A stretch of 64,000 bases of DNA. Source: Thalia democratica (Eukaryota). The stretch lies in contig OZ241828.1 of NCBI GenBank assembly GCA_965202585.1, forward strand, positions 76,012,001 through 76,076,000, read 5' to 3'. Under the pieces are notes generated by a model, which worked only from the letters and a program-made list of their open reading frames with translations, made no database searches and was not told the origin of the DNA. Positions 24,635 through 35,800 of the stretch are shown one piece after another. Made by a program: the position numbers and the translations under genes. Numbering within the stretch: position 1 is the stretch's first letter; every line of letters starts with the position of its first letter.

Positions 24635-25385
24635 AGGCACTGTTTAATCTATGAGCCACGTACGGCCCGGATCCGGCCCGCAGAGTGAAAATGACCTGCC
24701 TCCGACCGTTTTTTTGAATTTAATGGGACTCGGCTCGCAAATGAAAATGACCGGCCGGCCCGCGAGCAAATTTAAAGGCCCGCAAAGGGTCAATATAACA
24801 AAAATTTTTACAAAACTTTGTATCATATTTTTATAAAACAAAACTGTAAGAATTTGACTTCAACAACATGCTAAAAAATACTTTATAAGTTATTGTGTAC
24901 TAATAAATACACCATTTTTTCCTAATATTTTGTCTTGTTATAACTTAGTTGGAATATCTTTTTGTAAAATTACCCCAAGCAAAGTGTTTGTTTTTAAGTT
25001 CTTTATTTTAAATATGTATCTTTGTCAATTTTAATGTCAATTCTATTTATAGACATTATTTAAACATCTGACATGTCTTAATATACATCTTAAGTTGTCA
25101 AAATTGAGAAAGTTTTTTGAAATTGAAAGATTTTTAAAAATGATCATCTTTATCCATAAATTTATATTCCGGCCGGATCCGAAACTTTTATTTACATTAG
25201 AATCCGACTGGATCTGTATCTCGATTTAAAATTAGTTTCCAGTTAGATTCGGATCTAAAAAGTAATCATTCGGCTTGATCCGGATACCGGATCCGGTAGA
25301 TCACTAATTCGGAATGCTTCGAGCCGCAAAAGACTAATTTTTTTCGGATCCAGCTCGTCGATTGAAAAACGTTGCTCAACCCTAG
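24635..25385. mobile_element. Composite of non-autonomous hAT-like DNA transposon relics
   Basis: Left end with CGGCCCGGATCCGGCCCGC repeats and right end AAAAACGTTGCTCAACCCTAG. A nested GGATCCGG-rich end (..CCGGATCCGGTAGATCACTA) lies at ~25140-25306. Family assignment is from recalled motif style. Confidence 0.45.
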
Positions 25386-25649
25386 TTTAATCCTATATTT
25401 TTAATATCATTATGATGATTCTCAAAGTAGTATTTAAATAATGCAAATTTTTCTCCTTTATCAACCAAGTTAATATTTGGAATATTTTCTTGTTGTTTTT
25501 ATGTGCATTCCATCTTACGTTAAAAATGTTTAGTCTGACCTTTTTGAGTGTGAAAAAGCATTTTCCACACAATTGTGAAACCATTAGTTAGTTTTATATT
25601 TCATTTAACTTTTAAAAAACAGTCGAGTAAAATCAAAAAATTGTAAAGT

Positions 25650-25740
25650 GGTTTACCGGATCAAAAGTTTCGGATTTAACCGAATCCGAATTCAAATCTT
25701 ATTTTGAAGTTTAGGATTCGGTCGCACTTAAGACCGAATC
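25650..25740. mobile_element. CCGAATCC-rich transposon end relic
   Basis: Repeated CCGAATCC/GGATTCGG motifs ending GGATTCGGTCGCACTTA. Confidence 0.35.
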
Positions 25741-25903
25741 TTGGGTTAAGCAGAGCATTATACAAACTTAATTATTATAACTAACGTTATTTTATTTACT
25801 TTTTAAAGTTTGTTTTTTTGTTGTTCGTTACTATTCACTAAACTAAAAACTTGATCTACTTTTTTATTCAAAAAACACATCACTTCACACACATGAGGAG
25901 TCT

Positions 25904-26181
25904 TTAGGTCCTAAACAAAATTCTGATGATTTGATTGAACGTATTGTAGTCTTCATGCACTCCCGTAACATAAACTGTAGAGTTGCTTGCAATTGCTTTA
26001 CAACTATACTTCGGTACAGTTGGACTAGGAAGATACTTTTTAGTTTCAAAGTTGATCAACAGAAAATGTTATTATTTGAGACATTTCCCATATGATTATC
26101 ATTAAACACAACAACACTAAATTCTTCCTGATCACAATGTCTATTTTGATACAAAACAGAAACACGATTACTCAAATGTCT
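25904..26181 (-). pseudogene. Kelch-like (BTB-BACK-kelch family) gene fragment
   Basis: RHCDQEEFSVVVFNDNHMGNVSNNNIFC* then, in a shifted frame, NFETKKYLPSPTVPKYSCKAIASNSTVYVTG, which resembles a kelch repeat (LPSM..PRY.CK....S.IYV.GG). Stop and frameshift present. Confidence 0.5.
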
Positions 26182-28666
26182 GCTGATTGTTTTGAAACTA
26201 GATACAATTTTTTAAATATACTATTGACTCGAGTTTTATAGTTTATAAAACTTATGCATATAGTATATGTAAGGTTTAGTTTTCATTGACTTTGATAGTC
26301 TTCAAAGAACAACTTGGGAAGTTAATTAAAAAAAAATCTATTTTCTCAACTCTTATCACATTAGTTGTTCGAATAAGTATTTTATTATTAGCTTCAGTAA
26401 AATAAAGTTAGAAAATTAATTACTATTTTAAATTCACAGTTTTATTTCTTTATAATTGAAAACTTAAATAATCTAGATTTACTTTATATCTTACCAAGCA
26501 AATAGCTCTAAATCAAATTATATGTTACCAAAGAACTATTTGATAAAAAAAACTTAACAGATGTGTTTATAAAGTTTTTTCAAATTAGGTAACCATCAAT
26601 TTTTGTTTTTAAATTATATAGTATAGTTTAAATTTATGATAAATATATTACAAACAGCCTATTCTGTAAAACTTCAAATAGTGTTAGCTGTGAATATTTT
26701 ATAACCTATGAAACCACAAGAAAACGTTCGAAATAATCGATCATTTTATTTTAGACATAATTATAACCTAATAAAAATAAACTATTATATTTTTTAGTAA
26801 AAAAGACAAAAAAGTAAAAAAAAAACCTTTAAAAATAATTAAATGTTAAAATTTTTGATGTTAAAATGGTCTATGAATAGCAAAACTAATTTAAGCAAAG
26901 TGAATAGCAAAACTAATAAAAGTAAAACAGTTGTCTTTGTTTTTGTTACTACTCTTTTATTAATTATTAAATATAACATTAATAAAAGTAATACTTTTAT
27001 GGTGTTATATTTAATAATTAATAAAAGAGTAACAACAAAAACAAGGACAACTGTTTTACTTTTCTTTGAAACAGTTCTTAAAAAAAATCTAATTCGACAA
27101 AAAAAAATAAATATAAATATTATTAAGTAATCAATTGTGTTAAATAAGTTAAGGAATTCTGTTTTACTTTATTTCTGTTTTCTTAATCAAATAAAATAAG
27201 TTTTTAATTTCTTTTTTGATTCAATTTCTTTTTAGTAAAAAATAATATTTAAGTTATTATTATTTGGTATGATTTGCGTTGTTTAATTGACAACTAATCT
27301 TTAAATTACATAAAAATCTTATTTAAATGTTTTTTTTAATTAAGTTTTTGAATGTCAATACAGTTTTTGTAAGTATTTTTCAAGGTAAGTCATAATCTTT
27401 CAAACTCTGATGAGCTAATATTTTTGTTAAAAAAACAAAAATCCTTGAGAATAAAGTTTTGGCCTTGCTTGTCTTTATTTTTAATATTATTTCAAAGTTT
27501 GATTACATTTTTCTTGTAGTTTGTAAAAAAAAATGCTTCTTGTTTAAAACTTAATAGTTATAAAAAATAATATAAAAAGTATCTAAAGGAAAATAGTTTA
27601 GTGTGAAATATTAAAAAATATAATCACTAAATTATAAAACAGCACAACCAAGGTATTTTAAGATATTAATTTTTCGTAATTACTTATTTTAATGGTTTTA
27701 AAAATTTTTATTTTGAAAATAATGGTATTTTACTGAGTAAGTAAGCTAATATTGTTATTAAATACATATTTTGATGTTTATTATGCATTAATATAGATCA
27801 TAGTAACTTATCTTAATATATTTGTTAAATTTTCTAGATATCTAGTTGTAATTTGTAATATTTCCTTGAGAATGTTCAGAAAGTGTTTTGTTAATATATT
27901 TACACAATTTTTAATGAAACAAACAAATCTAAGTAAGTTCTTACTTAAACTTTTACTACATTTGTCAAAAAACTTTCATTTGAGATAGTTTAATTACTAC
28001 TATTTGAACTTTAAAACTAAAAAAGCCAATAAAGCTACCAGATTTATTTTCTAGTAAAAGGTTTTTGAAACAAAAAAACAAGTATGAATTTTTTAATAAA
28101 AGCTGATTATCAAGATCAAAAAAATGTATAAAAGCTTTAGTTTTATTAAAATTTATATTTTCATGTGATCCACAACATATGCATTACGCACAGCACATTA
28201 AACTGTTGTAACACACATAATTTACCGAAGAGCTTTAAAATTTATGAATCTTTAATCTTAAAATTTTTATAACTATTTAGGTTTAAAACAAAACAGGTAT
28301 AAATGGAATGTCAATTAACTTTTGATGGATTTATATTCCATTTTGGTTATTTTATATTGTTACAGATAGGGTATCTTTGTTAATTGTTAGTAATAAAGCA
28401 AGTCAATATAGTAATACATACTAGAAATATCGTCAAACAGGTACATAAATTGCAATTGAAATAAAAGCCAGGCTGTAACATCTAGTAGAGTCTAAAGCCT
28501 TACCACGTTAGTAGCTGTATTTCAATTTGTAAAGTTCTTAATTTTTAAAATTATTGAATTTAGTTAAAAAGATTATCAAATTTTGCATCAATATATGTGA
28601 ATATAATACAAAAAAAATTACGTTTTACTGCTAACTACTATATTTCAAGACAAAAATTGTTAATAG

Positions 28667-28725
28667 TACAGTGTTAATTCACTTATCTGGCTTTCACTTA
28701 TCCGAACGCTCACTTATCTAAACAG
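28667..28725 (+). mobile_element. Tc1/mariner(pogo)-like terminal relic at the edge of unit C
   Basis: TA|CAGTG start followed by three CACTTATC motifs. Confidence 0.4.
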
Positions 28726-30342
28726 TTTCAGTCAAGAAGAAAATTCAAAAAACTTCCATTATTAAACATAAACATTTTTGTGTGATTAACAAATATTTAA
28801 CCTTTCACGCTGAAATTAAGTTTACATAAATTGATTTTATAAAATATGCAATTTAGTTCATTATTATGACTTATTATTTTCACTAAAGCTCAAACTTTGT
28901 TCAAAACTAGTTTAATTATCGATAACCTTTTATACAAAGTTACTTAATTTTTAATTGTTTTTATTAACAATGCCATTTGAAATATGACTTAAAACTTAAG
29001 TATTTAATATAACTTAAGTATTTTTGAAAGTTAATTCAATTTAAGGTTTTTTAAAGAAATAATTTTACTTTTTTATCTAATCTAGTTTTTAATTCAAGCT
29101 TTATTGTAATAGCTGTTATTTCAAAAACTTTTTGTTTAGATGAGGTGCATGACATTTTTTTATTTGCAAGTTATATAAGTTTGACACACTTAACATACCA
29201 GGTTTTTAAAATGATCAAGACATCAAAAAAACGAGTTGCACTAACTATTAAAATAAACTAGAAAATTTGTAAAACGTTAAAAACAATGTGCCAAAGTCTT
29301 TTATAATGGAGCAGTTTAGCATAGAGAGGTCGACTTTGTACAAAGTTTGAAAAAAAAGAAAATTTAAAAAACTTTAACAAAGAAATTGATGAGCTGAGCT
29401 TTCATTATTTATTATGCATTCATAATATACAGAGATTAAAACTTTTTAAGACAAAAACGATTTTTTTTTTACTTATTCCGAAAAATGCTTATCCAGACAT
29501 GTTTACAAAAAATCTTGCCCAATATGTCCGGATAAATGAATAAGCACTGACTTAAGATTTACAATATTTCTATTTTTACTCAGCAGTAAATATTAGCTAA
29601 AATTAACCGTTTTTAATGAATTTTGAACTGCTTTCAGGGTGAAAACAAGCTTTTAAAGATTAGCGGTTTTTTAAAGTTATAAGAATTTAAATAACCACGA
29701 TCAGTTATTTTGTATACGGGTCTTAATTTACAGCAATTAACTTTTTGTAGAACCGCTAATCTGTTCTGTAAAACCACTTTAAGTTTCGTTAAAGTTAAAA
29801 AATGTATATACTAAACAAAATTAAGCGTTTTTAATAGCTAAAAGTTTTTTAATTTAATTAAGGTTGTTTATTCCGTAAAAATTTTCTTTTTAATCCTTTT
29901 TGCTTTTTCACGCAATTGCTTACCAACCTACTTATAAAATAATGAGCTATATTGTTTTTAAAAGAAGATAACTTATAAATAGATATTTAACTCGTTAGTT
30001 AAACTTACAACACCAAACTGACTTGTATTTTATGTCTTTTAAATTATTTAAAAATCTAACTTAGCTTTTACATAAAGCTCTATAAAATAATATTTCAAAA
30101 AACTATTCAAGTTAATTTAATTCAGTAAGTTTGTAATATATTACTTAAAAAACAGCTATTTAAGTAAATATATTTATTTTTTTCTACAACATAGCGTTTT
30201 AGAACAACAAATATATTAACAAAAACAGTAAAAGTACTTAAAACTAATGACTAAAAAAGCAATAACTGCTAAAATAAAAGTCTAAATTGTTATTTGTGAA
30301 TAACAATAAAAAAAGTCTATTATTTAAATTAAACACGTAAAA

Positions 30343-30524
30343 TTAAAAGCACTCAAGGGGTCCTAGTTCGTACCACCCATTCTCCCCACTTCCTCCAGTG
30401 TCACCGAAACGCAAGTAACCAACCGGTAATGAGCTCTTATGCTCCAAATAACCCTCGTCAGAAGTGATGACGTCATTTGAATTCTGGTCGCAGTTACACT
30501 TCTGTTTCTTGTCCACACAAGTAC
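30343..30524 (-). CDS. Copy C exon 5, terminal
   Basis: aaaacAG|GT ACT TGT...TGC TTT TAA. Confidence 0.87.
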
Positions 30525-32832
30525 CTGTTTTTTGAAGTCTCAATTGCTAAATGTTCCTTAGAATTGTAAAGTACCTTTCCAACATTCGTTTCAAATATAG
30601 TATATGTAATGAAGAAAGTTACTGAAGTTAAAACACTTCAACCTAAGTAAAACATAAAGTACAAACAACTGATACTCTCTGCAATGTATGATATTGTTTT
30701 AAGATTAATATTTTCTTCCAATTACACTTTTATTTATTTTCAACCATTAATTAACATTTTATCTAAAATTCTTTTTTTAAACTTCATACCAAACTCACTG
30801 CTATAGTTTTTTTATTTAAAATGTAAATAATTTTGTATATTGATCAAGCATATTTGTCAAATAAAACCAATACAAATTCCTACCAGTCATTCCACATGCA
30901 CAGTGGTGTGATTTAGTAGCTCCTCCCCAGTAATTCCGCCTGGTACCGTCCTGAGAGGCCCAATAACCGTACTGATCGTCCGATTTCAACAAGATGGAGC
31001 CCTTGCATCGGTACTGTTAGTTTAATTTTAACCCAGTTAGCAACGAGTATGGAAACTAGTTGAAAACACTTTCTGAGAAAAGCTTCTAGTTGAAATATTG
31101 TTTTAATGTTAATAAGTGTCTTGCAATTGGTCAACAGAATTCAGTTACTGCCCAGAAACTAAATTTAAATCATTACTTCAAACACTTTTTACAAACTTTA
31201 ATTTTAAGGTATATATTAAAAACATAAACTAATTGTATGTTTACTAAAATAATAAAACAATTATTCCGCCTAGTCTGCATATATTTTTATTTTATTTTTA
31301 TAACTATTTGAAGTCTAAGAATAGCTAAATTAAAGCTACTAAGCAAAAATTTTATGGAATCTTTTTTTTCCAACAGAAGTTGTTTTAAATTTTGTTATTC
31401 TAGAAATACAATTACTTTTATAAACTGCCTGCAGTACAAATGAGCATCTATGATCTCTCTGATATAACTCGATGGTAATTCATACTCAACTAGCTTTCCA
31501 TATGAAAGATGAGGATCGAATCCTTTTATGTTCACTTCATCAGGAGTGTCGTGTCTTATTGTGGTGATTGCTGTTCGAAGTTAGTATAAAAGTTGCTAGA
31601 TAACAATAATTTGTTTTATAGTGTTTGCTTTTGACATTCGTTTTAACTTTATTTAATTCTTCTATATACAACTTTTGGACAACTTATTTTAATCTTTATT
31701 TTTACTGATGATAACTGTTTCAAGCTCAAAACAAGTAATAAAAGTAAACATTTTAAAAACCTACGAAAATTTTTAGATATTATTAAGGTAATTTACCACA
31801 CTTATCAACATCAATAAGCAAGACTAAAAAAAATTATTAAAATAATTATAAAACTTAAAATAAAAAAAAGTGTAAAGTTTTATATACGTTCACATACAAC
31901 ATTTAAAAAAATTGAGACAACTATAACAGTTTTGATAAAATATACTCTAATATAAAAGTTAAACATTAGAAAAGCGTATTAACAACATAAAAAATTAAAA
32001 TTCATTAAAAGTAAAGCTCGATAACACTGTTTACTGTTTCGTTAATTTTTGAATCAACCAACCAGTGTTTCCGGTGACGTTGCAGAACACTGTGACGTAA
32101 TAGTGACCGGACGGGTTCAAAGTGTACATACCAGAAACGACATCCGGGTTGAAAGCCCTCATCTCGCCGCACGTCCTGTAAAACCTCCTCTCAACGTTTT
32201 CCCGCTTCAGCTTCGCGTTCTGAACCTTCAGCTCGTCCAAGTCCCGTTGCATCTCGTTCATCTTGACCTCCGAAGCCCGAAAAACCTCTATAAACTGCCG
32301 GGAGATGTTCAGCAGGACCCGGTTGTTCTCAATTATTTTCCTCTCCGCTTCCAACGGTACCCTTCCAACTTCTCCCTTTATTTTTATTATTTTTTATTTT
32401 TGTTTTTTTTTTTGTTTATCTAATATTTGAGCTCGTCAGATACTTTGCTCATCATTTTATTCATAACATTATTCATTTTATTCATTGTATACTTTTAAGT
32501 CATTCACCTGTTTTTTTTATTTCATACTGTTGTTTATATTATACGATTTTTATCTTTAAACGTTTTAATTTTTTAATTGTATGTTTTATCAATTACTTTA
32601 ACTAAATTTGCTTATTTTTATGTTTAACTTTAATTATTTTCACCTTGCTTCCTTTAGGCCCAGCACTTCCAGCGGGTCCGTGTTTCCCAGGAAGTCCCGG
32701 AGGTCCTGCGGTGTTTTCCCCTCGCTGAAACTCCGATCCTTGCAAGTTTATGTTTAAGCTGGGACAGTCGCTTTCTTGAGCGCATATGGAGCACAATAGT
32801 GACGTAAAAATAAAACAAAAAAATAACTTCAT
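30343..32832 (-). CDS. Copy C, intact 322-aa paralog; join(32644-32832, 32063-32375, 31416-31570, 30884-31013, 30343-30524)
   Basis: Same exon sizes and phases as copy B. Exons 3-5 differ from B by 12 synonymous and 1 non-synonymous change (hand count). The intron-1 acceptor is an A-rich aaataaAG. Confidence 0.86.
30884..31013 (-). CDS. Copy C exon 4
   Basis: ctaacAG|TAC CGA TGC...ATG ACT G|GTAGGA. Confidence 0.87.
31416..31570 (-). CDS. Copy C exon 3
   Basis: Protein identical to B exon 3; AG/GT boundaries. Confidence 0.87.
32063..32375 (-). CDS. Copy C exon 2
   Basis: GEVGRVPLEAERK...NVTGNT; donor G|GTTGGT. Confidence 0.87.
32644..32832 (-). CDS. Copy C exon 1
   Basis: MKLFFCFIFTSLLCSICA signal; donor AAG|GTGAAA. 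Confidence 0.88.
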
Positions 32833-35800
32833 TTTTTTGTTTGGTGAGCGTATTAGCTACAAAAAAAAATTGAAAGTAATTATAAGTTATTTATGAATTA
32901 ATATCTTATGTAAAAGTGATATTGTTTGGAGAAATTGAAAATCAACAAACATTGAAACATTGGAACAAACATTAAAATTTATTAATAATAGTAGCATTAA
33001 GTGGTAAACAACACAAGAATTTTTATAAGGTTTTTCTTTTTTTTTTAACACATCTAACTTTTTCTAGTTAAGCAACATAAAAAAGAATATAATAACGTAC
33101 AAAAAGTTAAAAAATTATGTTCAGATTAATTTTGATATTTTTGTTGTACAATATTATATTTAAAATAACGTATAATTTTTATAAAAAGAAATAACTAGCT
33201 TAATTTATAAAAGTAACAAATTTTTAACTAGCTTTGCTTAAGTCTTTCTCGACAAATTTAAAAAATAATGTTTTCTCGGTCTTGCTTATGTTTTTTTTTT
33301 AATTTTCAAAAGCTTGCTACAAGTAATTTTTTGAAACAGAAGTTTGCTCACAACGTGTTTCAGAAAACTTTTAAGCTTATTAACAACTTTTAAAATAGTT
33401 GTTTTAATCACAAAAAGTGTGTAAACTGAAAATATCATGTATAAGTATAATAAGTTTGTCAACTAATGTTTTCCTCTAAACAAAATTATATGTCACATAA
33501 AAAATAAAAGGTTTTCTAAGTTTAAAAACAACTTTTTTCAACAACAAACATTTGTTTACATTTACAGCTTCTATATATTTTGCGATATTTGTATTCTGAC
33601 CATGATAGTTCTGATCTACAATAATACTTAACTTTATCTTTTGTTTTAAACGGTCGATAAAAACAGAATAACATAAAGTTATTCATTTATAAAAGCACTA
33701 ACACTCGACTAATGTTTGCTCAACCAAGTCTATAACGGCAATGTTTTACTAAATCAGTGTTTCTTTTGGTTAATGTATAACTAAGTTATGTAAAAACAAA
33801 GTTTGTACTTTGATAAAGTGAAGTTGACAAATGTTGTTTAACCAGTTTAAACTTTTATTTGTTGAAAGTTTTACAGTAACATCAAGTTTAAATAAATAAA
33901 ACAGTTCTATTTTGTATTGCTTTCCGTCAGTTCTTTATAAATTTTTACTAACTTGAGTTTTAAAACTATCAAAAAAAACATAAAATTAAACCCAGTAAAA
34001 CTATACGTATGTTTCTAAAACCCTTAAATAAGCGAAACAACTATCATATTTTAAAGTTTTCTTCATTTGAAAGTTTTATACACCCCAAAAATTAATATAT
34101 ATTTTGAATATTCTAACACTTTTACAGGTTTTCCAAAATTTTAATCAAAAAAAATAAATAAATTACATATAAAAATATACAATATTAAAACCAAATTTTC
34201 TCTTACTAAAATTAGCTAAATCACTAATGCAGTGGTCGGATAAATACCGCCCTCAGACCAAACAAAGCCTAAGGCGTGTTTGTAAGCTGTTAATATTAAA
34301 TTTAGTAGAATTAACTTAATCTTTTGTTTTAAATAAAGTTTTCAAATATTTATTTTTTTTCTTGTGAGTAAACTATGCTGTTTTTTTTTATGTATACTTC
34401 TTTTATCAAGTTAACTTTTTCTAATTATTGTAGCCTGCGAAGCGGTTTTCAGTGCATGTTAAATTAACTTTTGTTAAAACAATAGTATTTATTGCTCGAC
34501 TGTAAATAAACTGCAGGTTAACATTTAAACGGCATCTAAAACTGCAAAATAAGCATAATTCTATTAAAACTGATAATAGCTAAATGCGTTTTATGAAACT
34601 ATTCATGCAAGGATATAAATGTAAGAATTTGAATTCAATATATATAAAATAAAAATAAAAGTTTAAAACTGACTCTTTTTTTTTGTGCATCAAAAACTTT
34701 TTTATTACCCAAAATGCTTGCATTCAGACTTTAATGCGGAACAACCATTCAAACATTTTTAAAGTCTTTGTGAGTTTATTTCGATTTATATGTATTTATT
34801 CTAACCCTTTAAAATATTCATTAATATAATATCATTTTATATAAATGCGTTACAGTGTTAACCTAGATTACACAAGCGCAGAATATTTTAAATTCTGTTC
34901 AAACCTGTATCAAACTAAGTAGGCAGTAAGTTTTACGCTTCGATTTCATAATAATTTGTTGCTGAAACATTACCTAATAGCCAAGTTTGCAACTCATAAC
35001 CTTGTACACATATTTATGAACACAGTTAAATATATAATAGCCAGTTTTATGGTTAAAACTTAAGCTAGTACTTGAAATATAAGTTTAAAGCAAGTACGTA
35101 GCTTAGTCAAACCCAAGCTTTTATAAATCAGCCGAAACAAATCTACGAAATTATTTTTTATAGAGCTTGCATATTACCAGTAGTTGTTTACTTACGATGT
35201 ATATAAAAGTAAGTAATGAATAATGAATCAGAAATGTTTTGATTTACACATAATTGTACGAAAATAAGAGCTAAGAATCTATACAAAATGTGTTTTGATA
35301 TAGCATTATATTAATATACTAGTTTTAAGCTATTAATTTACATATCATTTTTTATGTTAGAACAGAAATTAAACTATTACAATTTTAAGCTTATGTTAAA
35401 ACTTCTTGTTTATTTGTTGCATATAATGCATATAATGTATACCGCAAATTAAAATACAGAAGGTTCAAAATAAAGTATTTTAGTCAGTGAATACTAAAGT
35501 TTATAAAGAAAAAAACTAATGCAAATTAAACGAAATAAAAGAATGCATTTTAAAGAACTTTAGTTAATTTTAATTACAAAAGTAAATACCCTGGCCTAAT
35601 ACATTCTTCCACAGTTAACTTATAACTGAAACATTTTTGCTGTTTTTATCAATTTAATTTGTCGACGTTGAGATAATAGTTTTATTGTAGATTACTATAT
35701 TCTATTATCACTAAACTATTTTTATAAAACAATAATTAAAAGTTTGTAGACATTTTATTTTTAGTACATTTAACGGTTTCTAGCGTATATAATTTTTTAG

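Noticed and set aside
26843-27130. 95-aa plus ORF with an internal repeat
   Set aside because: Low-complexity K/N/I/L sequence produced by a short local duplication in AT-rich DNA.
27407-27420. CTGATGAG core-like motif (also CTGATGA at ~8978, 19021 and 25923)
   Set aside because: No stem II/GAAA or stem I pairing follows.
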